Shown: positions 8,704 through 19,043, counted from the first letter of the stretch. The stretch is DNA of 64,000 nt from a virus (IMGVR_UViG_3300042987_000557:6502-70501); one strand, 5' to 3'. Notes: generated by a model not told the origin, from the sequence alone. Numbers and translations: made by a program.

Positions 8704-9306
8704 TCAGGTTGTGAGGGGTGTGTCAACCATGCGATTGTATTTAAGCAAGTTGTCTTTTTGGGTTAAAACTTGCAAGTTCCAAGGCACATGAAGCCCGCAT
8801 ACATTTTCACCATGAAGGGGGACAATATGATCCACCGCATGACGTTCTCCAGTAGCACGGCTAAGTTCAATAGCTAGCCTGTATTTCAACCTGATTTCCA
8901 TCTTGTGAGTGTCCGTCAACCATTTAGGCGTGGCATCCCTAAATCTTCGACGACGTAAGCTAGTCATCTCTTTATACATATCAGGGTTGTTGACCTTATG
9001 AGTTTTTTTATATCGGCGTTTATCCTCGTCTGGTCTTGCCTGTGCCCGCGCAATGACGTTTTCTTTGTTTGCTTCGTAATACTTTCGCTTAGCTTGTTGC
9101 CCCGCTTCTGATTTGTTGTAGTCGCGGAAGTAATCGGCTCTGGTGGTATTGGCTTTTTCCCATTCAACTTTCAAACATTCAACGCATGAGCCTTTAGTTT
9201 TGCGCGGTGCAATGTGCCCATGCTTACAAGGCTCGCCAGTGAAGTAGTACTTGGCACCTGTGGCTTTAGCTTCTTGTCGGGTTTTGGGTAAATTTGTGGT
9301 GTCCAT
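8704..9306 (-). CDS. HNH homing endonuclease
   Basis: YFTGEPCKHGH...CVEC N-terminus; VDHIVPL.G..VCGLHVPWNLQ...N..K.N. Confidence 0.88.
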   Translation of the reverse strand: MDTTNLPKTRQEAKATGAKYYFTGEPCKHGHIAPRKTKGSCVECLKVEWEKANTTRADYFRDYNKSEAGQQAKRKYYEANKENVIARAQARPDEDKRRYKKTHKVNNPDMYKEMTSLRRRRFRDATPKWLTDTHKMEIRLKYRLAIELSRATGERHAVDHIVPLHGENVCGLHVPWNLQVLTQKDNLLKYNRMVDTPLTT

Positions 9307-9352
9307 TCTATCTCCTTAGTTACGATACGGAGAATTATATCATATACCCCAC

Positions 9353-9379
9353 AAAAAGAAAAGCCACCCGAAGGTGGCT
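9353..9379 (-). terminator. Rho-independent terminator after major capsid gene
   Basis: AGCCACC-TTCG-GGTGGCT followed by TTTCTTTTT on the minus strand. Confidence 0.8.
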
Positions 9380-9409
9380 CTTCCAAACCAAGCTAAATCC
9401 TTGATTTTA

Positions 9410-10318
9410 TTATGCTCCGGGCGAACCGAACATCCCAAGCGGATCAGACCAACCGAACGAATAACGCTCGCGGCTCTTGTACCGAACGTTCCCAGTGTCG
9501 AAATCGCCATCCATTCCCTGTGTCAAAGGTGCGCGGACAAAGTGTTTCATACCATTGGGCACGTCAGTCGTAAGGAACCAAGCATCCGTATCCGTCAAGA
9601 AGTGGTTAATGGCGTAACCCTCGGGGATCGAGCCATTGTTCTTCAAGGCGTTGATCGTGTTGTCTGCCGTGTCAACGCGCAGTTCCGTTTCCAGAATACG
9701 GGTTGCAACGAACTGCAATGCAGACGGGATGATCAGCTTCTTCGGCTTAGCTGCAATCAACAGACCACGTTCGTCAGTCCAAGCTGCAATCTGAATAACC
9801 GCTGCTTCCAACGATGTTTCAGAAAGGTCAGCCGCAACTGCGGGCGTGTTGCTGTTGGTGCCACCAGAGATCAAAGGATGTGCTGTCGAGAACAGAGCAA
9901 CTCCGTCACCACCCGTGTAGGCAGTATTGAAGCCGTTGTTCAGAACCGCAGCAGCTTTGGTCTGCTTGGTGTATGCCATAGCGCGAGCTAAGGACTTGGT
10001 GTAGCGATTAGCCAGACTGTCGTACAGGTTGTCCTCGATAGCCTCTTCGGTTAGCGAGAACCCTAAGACGATAGTCTCATGGACGTAACGAGCGGTCCAA
10101 GCTTCTTGCGCGTTATCGTAGGCCATCGCGCTGCCTTCGTTCTTGACCGGTGCGGCCGAGAATCCAGACAGTTTGGTTTCCTCTTCAAACGAACGCTCGG
10201 AAGTCTCGGTCTCGTAGATTTCCTTGTGCTCTTCGCCATAGCGAGCGTACTCCAAGCCGAACAATGCGTTCAGGCCGGGGAGAAGCTCTTTCAATAGTTG
10301 TGCGCGTGAAATAGCCAT
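9410..10318 (-). CDS. Major capsid protein
   Basis: 302 aa, MAISRAQLLKELLPGLNALFGLEY...GGDGVALFSTAHP...DFDTGNVRYKSRERYSFGWSD; followed by a terminator. Confidence 0.9.
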   Translation of the reverse strand: MAISRAQLLKELLPGLNALFGLEYARYGEEHKEIYETETSERSFEEETKLSGFSAAPVKNEGSAMAYDNAQEAWTARYVHETIVLGFSLTEEAIEDNLYDSLANRYTKSLARAMAYTKQTKAAAVLNNGFNTAYTGGDGVALFSTAHPLISGGTNSNTPAVAADLSETSLEAAVIQIAAWTDERGLLIAAKPKKLIIPSALQFVATRILETELRVDTADNTINALKNNGSIPEGYAINHFLTDTDAWFLTTDVPNGMKHFVRAPLTQGMDGDFDTGNVRYKSRERYSFGWSDPLGMFGSPGA

Positions 10319-10330
10319 TTAGTTTCCCCT

Positions 10331-11218
10331 TTACGCAAGCGCCGTTGCGAACTGATAGCTATGCCAGCCTTGGTTCCACTTAACGAGAACTTCAGGGAAT
10401 CCAACAAAGGAAACCTGTGAGCCACTTGCTAGAGTGATTGCCGAAGCCAACGTAACCGTAGTTCCGTTAACGTTAGTAACGTAGTTAAAACTGCCCGGAA
10501 AGTAAGCACCAGCCGAAGCGTCTGGAGCAACAACTGCCATACCTGCTTGAAGGCCAGTAATAGCTGCATCTAACGTCAAAGTGGTTGAAGAACCAGAAGT
10601 ACCACCTGTACCGGTTACGGTATAAGCAGTTTCAGGAACAAGCGCAACTACGCGGAAAGGCAGATCAGACGAAGCAACACGTTTAACACCAGTACCGCTG
10701 GTAGCAGGGTAAGTACCTGATACAGCCATCTTGGAATTACCTGTGGTCGTACTACCAGCAACGCCAGTAATTGCATACACGTTAGTTCCAATAAGCGACT
10801 GGTTAGCGTAGCCAATTGTAGACACTGTATTAGAAATCGTGTTGTACGCTTGCCCAACTACAGCAACTTTAAACACAGCAGACGGATCATCGATGACAAA
10901 TGCCAGGATGTCGTTTGCAGCAGTGCTAGCAGGATAGTACTGCGAGAACTGAAGCTGCTTAGTCGTTGGGTTCGTAAACTGACAACCAACAAACACGCCA
11001 ATTGCACCAGCGATAGGTGTAGTAGGGCTGGAAGCGGCGGAGTAGGACGTTTTAATAAGAGTTCCGTCTGTCGTTAGCTGCACCAAATCCCCGTAAAACA
11101 GGTTCGTGTTGTAGCTTCGGGCAATAGGGAACTGTCGCGTTGCTCCAGCGTACGGTAGACCGTTAAGTTCATTAACAGCTTTAAAACCGTAAGGAGCATC
11201 AATGACAGGATAAGCCAT
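10331..11218 (-). CDS. Putative capsid cement / minor capsid protein
   Basis: APYGF....G N-terminus, GVFVGCQFTNP, V.DDP motif; immediately upstream of the MCP gene. Confidence 0.6.
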   Translation of the reverse strand: MAYPVIDAPYGFKAVNELNGLPYAGATRQFPIARSYNTNLFYGDLVQLTTDGTLIKTSYSAASSPTTPIAGAIGVFVGCQFTNPTTKQLQFSQYYPASTAANDILAFVIDDPSAVFKVAVVGQAYNTISNTVSTIGYANQSLIGTNVYAITGVAGSTTTGNSKMAVSGTYPATSGTGVKRVASSDLPFRVVALVPETAYTVTGTGGTSGSSTTLTLDAAITGLQAGMAVVAPDASAGAYFPGSFNYVTNVNGTTVTLASAITLASGSQVSFVGFPEVLVKWNQGWHSYQFATALA

Positions 11219-11235
11219 TTTTGACCTCGTTTAAG

Positions 11236-11691
11236 TTAAGTTCCTTTACCGAACGAAACCTTGGTACGCTTCTCTGCGAAGAGTGGCATACGGGAATCGC
11301 TCTCTTTCATAAAGTTGTTGTCTACAGCGTCCATGTTGGATTTGGCAACATTGTTGAAGTGATCGGTACGTTGTTTAACGAACTCTTCAGGCATCTTGCA
11401 GAGCAACAATCCGTCAATCTCGATGTTGTCTTTGAACCGGCTGTTCTCATCGCGCATAAACATAAGGTTTGGCTGCTCTTCAACCCTTACCGGCTCCCAA
11501 CCTTCTCTGAGTTTGGCAGAGATATTCTTGGGGTCAGCCTTACCAAGCGAGGACACACGCACCCAGCGGGGTACATATCCAGGCATTGGATCGACTTCAG
11601 GTAGGACATCCGCACGCTTCCATTGTTTAGGGCGAGCTAACTTCTCACGGTTCTCAACTTCTCTGGATAAACGATTTTCAGCCATTTGCAC
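11236..11691 (-). CDS. Conserved head-module protein
   Basis: RWVR...G..D..N..KLREGWEPV...GLLLCKMP. Confidence 0.7.
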   Translation of the reverse strand: MQMAENRLSREVENREKLARPKQWKRADVLPEVDPMPGYVPRWVRVSSLGKADPKNISAKLREGWEPVRVEEQPNLMFMRDENSRFKDNIEIDGLLLCKMPEEFVKQRTDHFNNVAKSNMDAVDNNFMKESDSRMPLFAEKRTKVSFGKGT

Positions 11692-12595
11692 GCTCCAATT
11701 TCATTTGTTCCCTTACATATTGCTCAGGAGTTATTCCCATCTTTTTGATGACGTTAAGCTGGGATTGATTAAGTTTGACTTTTTTGGAAGTCGTACTACG
11801 AGAAACGGGAGCTACAACAGTAGCTGGTCTTTCTGTACGTGCTGGAGGTGATTTTGTCTCAGGCTCAGCAGGTTCATCGCCCCATTCATACTCGGGGAAT
11901 CTTTTACGCATCGTCTTATCAACGATTTCCCAGTACTCGTCAGTGCCCTCAAATGCTGCACCGCGTTCCCTAAGCAGTTTGTTGTTTAGGCCAAGTGCGG
12001 CAGCGGTCATTTCGTCATCTGATCCAAACCACGTATTTTGTCTACGCCATGAATCAGTTTTTGGGTCCAACCTCGGAGCCTGTGGCTGCGAATTTGGTAA
12101 ATTTACTTCAGTTTCTTGCGGTTGTACAGGGGGTTTGTATCCTTTTAACCGCTCAAGTTTATAAGATGCTTCAGTTAATTGCTTTTGGGCTTCTAATAAT
12201 TTATCAGAATCTCCCGCTTCATAAGCTTCTTTGTAGGCTTTCTCAGCGTTTTTGAGTTCTAACTCCACAGCATTTTTAGCTGTATTTACTAGATGCCCTT
12301 CGTTTTCAGTCACTTTAGAACGTAGCGTTTTAATCTCGTTTTGCAACTGCTGCGCCATTTCAATCGCAGTTTGCTGCTCACGTAACGCACGTTCTTTCTC
12401 ACGACGCTCGTCGTGCCAGACTTTCTTCATCTGCTTGAGGCGAGTTTTGACTTTCTCGGAATACTCTTCAAGCTCGTCTTCCTCAAGCTCCTTGACTAGC
12501 TCTTTGGGTAAGGGTTCCCGCCCACGATCTTCGGGAGGAGTGTCGTCTTCGATCTCGATTTCAAACTCGGTGTTGGCATTTTCTTGCTCAGCCAT
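11678..12595 (-). CDS. Putative capsid scaffolding protein
   Basis: Acidic N-terminus, long coiled coil, NTWFG.D..MT motif, C-terminal KKMGITPEQY; lies between portal and MCP. Confidence 0.7.
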   Translation of the reverse strand: MAEQENANTEFEIEIEDDTPPEDRGREPLPKELVKELEEDELEEYSEKVKTRLKQMKKVWHDERREKERALREQQTAIEMAQQLQNEIKTLRSKVTENEGHLVNTAKNAVELELKNAEKAYKEAYEAGDSDKLLEAQKQLTEASYKLERLKGYKPPVQPQETEVNLPNSQPQAPRLDPKTDSWRRQNTWFGSDDEMTAAALGLNNKLLRERGAAFEGTDEYWEIVDKTMRKRFPEYEWGDEPAEPETKSPPARTERPATVVAPVSRSTTSKKVKLNQSQLNVIKKMGITPEQYVREQMKLERANG

Positions 12596-12606
12596 TTTTA
12601 AACCCC

Positions 12607-13017
12607 TTATGCGCGACTAATACCGCGAGGATCTTCTACAACCCCCTCGACAGAGTCATCGTTAATGATGCGAAACTCACGACCGTGAATCTTCAGTCGT
12701 GTGCCCGCGTGCGGACGTACCAATACAAAATCACCCACTTTGCAATACGGCCCAGACGGGAATCGCTTCTCATCTTTGTACGCATCCGGCCCCATCTTGA
12801 TGACAAAAAGCACCGTCGTCAGTAATTCTTCGTGGTGCATCGTGACATCGGCTTTAATCAAGCCATTATCAAACTTATCGTCAATCTCGGGGATCGTGCA
12901 TAAGATTCGATAACCTGATGGATCAGGAAGTTGTCGCGCTTTTTCTTCGGCGGTTTCAGGCAATACCGTCGCAGAGCCGCTTGTAGACCCTACTAGGAGC
13001 TCACTCATCGTCGTCAC
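12607..13017 (-). CDS. GroES/Cpn10-like co-chaperonin
   Basis: P.GYRIL...GLI...V.KMGPDAY...CKVGDFV....AG..KIHG.EFRIINDDSVEGVV. Confidence 0.85.
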   Translation of the reverse strand: MTTMSELLVGSTSGSATVLPETAEEKARQLPDPSGYRILCTIPEIDDKFDNGLIKADVTMHHEELLTTVLFVIKMGPDAYKDEKRFPSGPYCKVGDFVLVRPHAGTRLKIHGREFRIINDDSVEGVVEDPRGISRA

Positions 13018-13201
13018 TCATCCTTTCTAACATATCGGCAAGATATCCTTGCACCACTGAAATTCCACGCATCACACCGCACTGAAAGCGATAATCCGCG
13101 TGGTCCTTTGCCAGCCCTTGCGCTAGAACTTCGGCTAAATGCCTCTGCTCATCACCGCAACGACTAATCAAATGCCGTAAAACTTTCTCGGTTTCGTTCA
13201 T
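13001..13201 (-). CDS. Small conserved protein after portal
   Basis: 66 aa with DHADYRFQCG; overlaps both neighbours. Confidence 0.65.
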   Translation of the reverse strand: MNETEKVLRHLISRCGDEQRHLAEVLAQGLAKDHADYRFQCGVMRGISVVQGYLADMLERMSDDDE

Positions 13202-15714
13202 TTAGCCCCCTTCTTTGGCTCAACAGCCTTAGCGGTTACCTGTTCGCGTTGTTGCTGCATTGCAGCAATATTCCTAGCGATATCAGCACCAATTCGTGTG
13301 CCCTCTATCTCATTACGAACAGCTTCGACACCTGCTTGGAACTCCTGCTCCATCTGGTCTTTGACGATCTGAGCACCCAGTCGGGCACCGTCCATCTCCA
13401 TCTGTGACTGAATCCGCATACGCTCGGTCTCGATCTGGGCTGCTTTAAGTTGGGCATCCGTCTGATCTTTAGCTGCTTTGCGCTGCAATTCTTGAGCCTG
13501 AAGCTGAAGTTCTTGTTGCTGCATCTGCACAATCGGATCTTGTGCCTGCTGCTGTGCTTGGGCTTGTTGTACCATCGCCTGATTAGCTTGCAAGAGTTTC
13601 TGTGCTCCTGCGGCTGCAAGTCTGGAGATCTCGACCTCCATCTCTTCGGGCAGTTCTTCGTTGGGTGCAGGGTAGGGAACCCCGAGTTTGTCTTCGATGT
13701 TTTTACGATATTGAAAGGCAAAGTGTTGGGCAATGTGCGCCATAAATGCTGCTTGCATAGCCTGAGCGTTTGGACTCTGACCAAGAACTTGAGCAGTAAT
13801 TGGATCTTGCAGTGCTGACATATGCACTGTGATGTGTGCGGCGTGATCTTGATAGATAAACGCCTTGACCGGCTTGCCTTGGAACATGTCCATGTTCTCA
13901 GATACTGGGTCGGTCGGTTTCATATCGTCTTCCATTGGCACGAGCTTCTCGGCGTTTTTGATACCAAGAACCTCTAACATCTGCCTGTGAAGATAGGGTA
14001 AGTCGTATAACTGCGGCGCAGTAGCAGCCAACTGCATAACTGCTTGGTACTGCACAACCTTCTGACTCATTGTCGCTGCGTTTGGATCACTGACCGGTAT
14101 TACATCGACGTTGTCGTAGTCTGACTTCTTAGCCCTGGGACGACCATCAATCGGCTCGTAGTCATAACTCTCAGGTGTGTAATCAGCAATGATGGTCTTT
14201 AAGAGCCGGAACTCCTGCTTCATCGAATAGTGAATCCGCGCCTGAACAGCCGACATCACCTTCAGTGTGCGTTCTAGTATCGCTAGCGTAGTCCCAACCG
14301 GAGACTGAGCCGACATATCAGAGACTTTAAGATCAGCAGCAGAGGCAAACCTACGACCTTCATCAATAATTTTATCCATGAGTGCAGCCAACACCTGCGA
14401 CGGCTCCTTGTACGGAAGCGGCATGATGTTGTCTTTGAGAGCACCCGAGGCTATGTCCACATCGCGCCATTCAGCCGGAGCAAACGGGGTGTCATCACCC
14501 TTAGTCCGCATCCCCTTGGTCTTAAATCCGCCGGGAAGATTAGATAACGTACCTGCATCGACAAGCTGTCGAAGGATCGACGTTCCCGACTTAGCAAATC
14601 CACCGATCAAGTGGATAAGCCCGAAGGCATAAAAGCCAAAGCCTGGAATATATGGGTAGTGGACAAAGTGCTGGCGTTTTCTCTTTAACTCGTCGTCAGG
14701 GTTCCAATTACGTCTAATCGCTAAGATCTTACTGTTTGATTTCTCAATGGTAATAACGTACGGAACAGCCAGCCCAGTCTCTTTACCATCTTCATCTTTG
14801 TCAGGAAAACCTGGGAGATCTAAGGTGACGTGCATTTCTAAGAGCTTGTACCGGTTATCGGTAGTTGCCCTGAACCCCATCTTTTCTGCAATCTTTTTCT
14901 CTACTTCATCAAGCGAATCGCTAGGATCTTCAAGCTCTACATCAACGTAGAACCCACTGTCCATTAACCGCTCCAGCTCGTTTTTAGTCTTACGCATAAC
15001 ATGCGTAACACGCTCGGCTGTCTCAATATTCGCAGCCCCATAAGGAACTACAAGATCATCAGCGGAGACATACATCGCCGTCTGTCTATCAAGCCCTGGG
15101 TCAAAGTAGATTTTCTTAAACGCATTACCCGCCAGCCCCAGCCCCCACAGCATCTTCTCGTGCTCAGGTCTGTACTCGATCATCACATCAGTGAGCTGGT
15201 GGTTCATATCTGCCTGCACACGCATAGCAGACTCTTTCTTCTCTTTAGTTTCTTCGCCAATAATCTTGGTACGCACCGGACCTTGCGCTGGAAATGTCTC
15301 CATGATGGTCTCGGCCTGAAACTTCACAACAGCCTCTGTCAGCAAGGGGTGGTACACACCACAAGCCCCCGGCCAAGGCTCCGTGCGGTCCTCAACTTTT
15401 AGTCCTAATAGATCCAGCCCATCAACGTAAGTCTGCATCCAGTCTTTGCGGGACGAGATGTCGTCTTCAAAATCACTACACAGATCTTCGGCAAGGGTGG
15501 CTAACTCCTTGGGGTCCATGTCTTCGGCAAGGTTGTCGTTAAACCCTTCCTCTTCTTTTTCTTTGCCGATCACAATCTCTAGACCACCAAGACCCACTGA
15601 TACTGACTCAGGATCTTCAATCTCAATCTCGATGTCTGGCTCCATGACCAGACCTTCGTTCTGCAACCCAAGGGGTGCTTGATTTAGTGCTTTGTCAAAA
15701 AAGCTTGTAGCCAT
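13198..15714 (-). CDS. Portal protein
   Basis: 838 aa after TerL; PWPGACGVYHPLL, PGFGFYAFGLIHLIGG, LVDAGTLSNLPGG; Q-rich coiled C-terminus (P22-like barrel). Confidence 0.9.
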   Translation of the reverse strand: MATSFFDKALNQAPLGLQNEGLVMEPDIEIEIEDPESVSVGLGGLEIVIGKEKEEEGFNDNLAEDMDPKELATLAEDLCSDFEDDISSRKDWMQTYVDGLDLLGLKVEDRTEPWPGACGVYHPLLTEAVVKFQAETIMETFPAQGPVRTKIIGEETKEKKESAMRVQADMNHQLTDVMIEYRPEHEKMLWGLGLAGNAFKKIYFDPGLDRQTAMYVSADDLVVPYGAANIETAERVTHVMRKTKNELERLMDSGFYVDVELEDPSDSLDEVEKKIAEKMGFRATTDNRYKLLEMHVTLDLPGFPDKDEDGKETGLAVPYVITIEKSNSKILAIRRNWNPDDELKRKRQHFVHYPYIPGFGFYAFGLIHLIGGFAKSGTSILRQLVDAGTLSNLPGGFKTKGMRTKGDDTPFAPAEWRDVDIASGALKDNIMPLPYKEPSQVLAALMDKIIDEGRRFASAADLKVSDMSAQSPVGTTLAILERTLKVMSAVQARIHYSMKQEFRLLKTIIADYTPESYDYEPIDGRPRAKKSDYDNVDVIPVSDPNAATMSQKVVQYQAVMQLAATAPQLYDLPYLHRQMLEVLGIKNAEKLVPMEDDMKPTDPVSENMDMFQGKPVKAFIYQDHAAHITVHMSALQDPITAQVLGQSPNAQAMQAAFMAHIAQHFAFQYRKNIEDKLGVPYPAPNEELPEEMEVEISRLAAAGAQKLLQANQAMVQQAQAQQQAQDPIVQMQQQELQLQAQELQRKAAKDQTDAQLKAAQIETERMRIQSQMEMDGARLGAQIVKDQMEQEFQAGVEAVRNEIEGTRIGADIARNIAAMQQQREQVTAKAVEPKKGAK

Positions 15715-15723
15715 GATCTATCC

Positions 15724-17250
15724 TTAATAGTAGGCGTACTGCTGACGCCCCTTGAAGTAAACAACAGGATCTGCTTCGTCGGAAGGCAAACGCAAAAACC
15801 CGCCATTTCTAAATCGCATTAACGCAAGTGTCGTAGCATCCACCAAATCGTCATGCTCGCCCGACGGAAAACTGGCTATTTCATCGACAAGTTCATCAGC
15901 CCATCGAGTATTTGGCACCCATACTTTCCCAGATGCAATAATGTCAGACACTGCGTTCAGCCGTGTGATCTTATCGTTACCCTTACTTGGCGTAAACTCT
16001 TGAACCGGCACGCCCATTCTACGTAATTCTTGATACAACGATATACCAGAAGCTTTTTTCTCGACAATTAACGAGTCTGGCTCCCATTCGTTGTACTCTT
16101 CAAGCACCTTTTTCTTAAGCTGGTGAAACTCCATCCGGTCTTTAATGACATTCAACAATATGATGTTGTTTATGGCGTTGTCTTCTTCGTTAACCCACAC
16201 ACCCCACGTTGTACATGCAGAAAAGTCTGCGCGGGTGGTCGTTTCAAACGCAGTATCCCAAGATTGGATGATGTAATCGCACCTTGGCGGCTCATCTTTA
16301 TCCCAACGCTTCCACCATTCGCGTTTAACAATAGCGCCTTCTTCAGCCGTTGGGTTTTGCTGGTACTGAGCCTGCCATTTACTATTAGGCAGTTCTTCCC
16401 GAAGCGCAGAAAGCTCGTCCAACGACCAAAATTCAGGCCAAAGCGGGTTCCCAGAGGGCAAAATCGCTGGAAATTCGATGACTTCCCAGTCATCTCCACC
16501 CCTTTGAGTGCTTGATTTGACAACTTGACCGGTTAAGTCACGCAAACCCCATCGAGTCATCACTACAATAATAGAACCACCCGGTTGTAGACGCTGTCGC
16601 GGGCCTGACGTGTACCACTCGTACACCTTATCGTATATTTCTGGCGAAGATGCAGCTAGTGCTGCCTCTTGTTCTGAGTGCGGGTCGTCAATAATCAGCA
16701 AATCGGCACCCTTACCGGTCACCGCACCCCCTACACCAATAGCAAAATACTCACCCGCCTTGTTTGTGTTCCATCTACCGGCAGCTTTTGAGTCTGCTTG
16801 CAGTGAAACACCGGGGAAAATGTCTGAATAAACGTCGGAATCGACAAGATTTCGCACTTTTCGACCAAATCCGACCGCTAATTCAGCCGTATGGGCCGTT
16901 TGGATCACTTTTTTGTTGGGGTATTTACCTAAAAACCAAGCTGGCAGCAGATAAGAAGCGAACTCTGACTTGGTATGCCGAGGTGGCATGTTAATAATAA
17001 GGCGTTTGATCTCACCTTTTGCTACTTTTTCAAACGCTCTAGCCATCCTCTTGTGGTGCTGACCCTCAATAAATGTAGGCCATACCCGCTTTACGAAGGT
17101 CATAAAGTTGGATGAAGCAACTTCCCTAGCCTTTAACCTTTCGTGCTGAGTCAGATCCGCAAGCAGCGAACGTAACTGTGCTTCAGGTAAGTTCGGTAAG
17201 TTCTTTAACAATAGCTGTAGCTTCTGAACTTCTTGTGGGTTCGTCTGCAT
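15724..17250 (-). CDS. terL: Terminase large subunit
   Basis: INMPPRHTKSE (Walker A), LLIIDDP (Walker B), SWDTAF and FPSGEHDDLVDA RNase H-like nuclease. Start uncertain (17250 or 17304). Confidence 0.93.
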   Translation of the reverse strand: MQTNPQEVQKLQLLLKNLPNLPEAQLRSLLADLTQHERLKAREVASSNFMTFVKRVWPTFIEGQHHKRMARAFEKVAKGEIKRLIINMPPRHTKSEFASYLLPAWFLGKYPNKKVIQTAHTAELAVGFGRKVRNLVDSDVYSDIFPGVSLQADSKAAGRWNTNKAGEYFAIGVGGAVTGKGADLLIIDDPHSEQEAALAASSPEIYDKVYEWYTSGPRQRLQPGGSIIVVMTRWGLRDLTGQVVKSSTQRGGDDWEVIEFPAILPSGNPLWPEFWSLDELSALREELPNSKWQAQYQQNPTAEEGAIVKREWWKRWDKDEPPRCDYIIQSWDTAFETTTRADFSACTTWGVWVNEEDNAINNIILLNVIKDRMEFHQLKKKVLEEYNEWEPDSLIVEKKASGISLYQELRRMGVPVQEFTPSKGNDKITRLNAVSDIIASGKVWVPNTRWADELVDEIASFPSGEHDDLVDATTLALMRFRNGGFLRLPSDEADPVVYFKGRQQYAYY

Positions 17251-17827
17251 TAACTGATTCCAGTAGACCAAGCTCTTCGGTGATGCTAACCGGCTGTACG
17301 TCAATCACGTCGTTACCGAGCATTCTGTGAATTTTGTCCTCGATAGCTTTACGCAAATCATCGGACGTACGGTGGGTAATCGTAATTTCTGATTTTTCAG
17401 TGAATGCACCGACATCAGACATTTTGCCAAGCAGCTCTAAGGCACGCAGCTCATCTTTAGCTACGCCGCAACTAGAAAGCTCTAGAAGACGATTAGTTAT
17501 AAACGTACGGACTTGAACTGCATCAGTTACTACTTGCTTATCATAAGCATCAAGTAACGCTGCTAATTTAATAGACACCGCCCCGTCGTATAGAGCAGGT
17601 GGGTTATGCCCGTCCTTTTCTTCGCCTTTCTTTTTGTCAAACTCTTGAAAAAGCTTTCTAGCTTCCTCTTCGTCGCTCTCAGTCATTTCAAAGGGCATAC
17701 CCAGCTCAACCATCAAAGACGCTGAATTTGCAGCCGCCCTTGCGTTTTCACGCAACGTATCTGCATTCTGATCCTTAAATGATTTAGGTACGGGGTGCTC
17801 TTTGTTTGGCGTAATAGTAATAGGCAT
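17183..17827 (-). CDS. Putative terminase small subunit
   Basis: Directly upstream of terL; LRALELLGKMSDVGAFTEK oligomerisation-type motif. Confidence 0.6.
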   Translation of the reverse strand: MPITITPNKEHPVPKSFKDQNADTLRENARAAANSASLMVELGMPFEMTESDEEEARKLFQEFDKKKGEEKDGHNPPALYDGAVSIKLAALLDAYDKQVVTDAVQVRTFITNRLLELSSCGVAKDELRALELLGKMSDVGAFTEKSEITITHRTSDDLRKAIEDKIHRMLGNDVIDVQPVSITEELGLLESVNADEPTRSSEATAIVKELTELT

Positions 17828-18025
17828 GGAGGAAACGGGACTCCAAAAATATATAGGGGGTGCGTTTCTAAACGCGGATCATATAAGCAAGTATATAAAA
17901 AGACAAGGGGGTGGGGGGTATTTTGAAAAATGTGGATTGACTGTGCAAAACAGTGTGCGTAGTGCGAGGCAGCTTGTATGGTCGATTTTGGGGGGTGTGG
18001 GGGTGGTGGGCCCAGTCATCCGGGC

Positions 18026-18056
18026 AATAAAAAACCCCAGAGGGTTAGTCTGGGGC
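18026..18056 (-). terminator. Rho-independent terminator of leftward early operon
   Basis: CCCCAGA-loop-TCTGGGG then TTTTTTATT on the minus strand. Confidence 0.7.
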
Positions 18057-18075
18057 TGATCGGATTAAGACTGGG

Positions 18076-18318
18076 TTAGTCTAGCGGAATATGATCCGGT
18101 TGAAAGTAAGCATGAAAGTGTGGAAGCTTATCTAGCTTTGGGTTAGCTGCAATAAACTCCCTGAAAGCTTCCAATGCGGAACCATACGATAAACCCCTAA
18201 CCGATAACAGCGTTACTTTCTTAGAGTACCGTTCACGGCCATGTTCATCGAACATCCCGCACACTATTGTTTTAATAATTAGCGTACCGTAAATCTCTTC
18301 ATCGTTTAGTTTTAACAT
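18076..18318 (-). CDS. Hypothetical early protein
   Basis: MLKLNDEEIYG... with GAGGAG RBS just upstream. Confidence 0.6.
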   Translation of the reverse strand: MLKLNDEEIYGTLIIKTIVCGMFDEHGRERYSKKVTLLSVRGLSYGSALEAFREFIAANPKLDKLPHFHAYFQPDHIPLD

Positions 18319-18322
18319 GATC

Positions 18323-18985
18323 TTACTCCTCACTATCGGTATCAACATACTGGCTCAGGCAGTCATGTACTTCACGTAACACTTCCACGTTACGCTGGGC
18401 AGATAACATGCTCCTTATCTCCTCCTTCAATTGCTTTATCTCCTCTGCAAGCTCAGCCTTTTCTCCACTGGCTTTAACTCTTGCTATTTTCTTAAGCTCC
18501 TTGATTTTCTTTTCAGCAGCCTTATCACTGGGGGCTTTTGCGAGCTTCTCATATTGCCTTTCGATCTGCTGCATGATCTGGGGCAGATCCTGATCCTGAT
18601 ACTTCTCCTCCAGTTTAGCTAACTGAGCTTTTCTCTCCTCAGCCTTCTTCACTGCTGCTGCACTAGTACTCTTGGGTTTATCGATACCGTAAAGCTCACT
18701 GAGATACTTAGCAAAACTGTTAAAAGCTTTATCTCCCGCATTGGCCGTGGTATCGGGCTTAATCGAGTGATACCCTTCAACCCATTTCACTCGCATGCTT
18801 TCCCACTGGATGAAAGTAGGATTAGTGCCAAGCGCTTTTGCGTAACTCTCAGCACTGCTAAGTCTATCAAGACTAGTGCGAGCTTCTTTTGCTCCCGCAT
18901 CAAAAGCGGCAGCATTCTGATCCTCTGAGAGGATCAGGGCGGGGGCTGCAACCACTGGGGCTGCTACAACAGGCTTTTTACCCAT
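18323..18985 (-). CDS. Hypothetical early protein, paralog A
   Basis: 220 aa, AGGAG RBS; aligns along its length with 19190..19756. Confidence 0.75.
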   Translation of the reverse strand: MGKKPVVAAPVVAAPALILSEDQNAAAFDAGAKEARTSLDRLSSAESYAKALGTNPTFIQWESMRVKWVEGYHSIKPDTTANAGDKAFNSFAKYLSELYGIDKPKSTSAAAVKKAEERKAQLAKLEEKYQDQDLPQIMQQIERQYEKLAKAPSDKAAEKKIKELKKIARVKASGEKAELAEEIKQLKEEIRSMLSAQRNVEVLREVHDCLSQYVDTDSEE

Positions 18986-19016
18986 GTGATAACTCCTATA
19001 AAGTTATGGGACTAAC

Positions 19017-19043
19017 GACAATCTGAGCCGATCTCAGAAAGTC
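19017..19043. promoter_or_regulatory. 27-bp palindrome, copy 1
   Basis: GACAATCTGAG-CCGAT-CTCAGAAAGTC. Confidence 0.65.

Noticed and set aside
9374-16994. Numerous plus-strand ORFs opposite capsid, portal and terminase genes
   Set aside because: Antisense shadows with no RBS or recognisable motifs.
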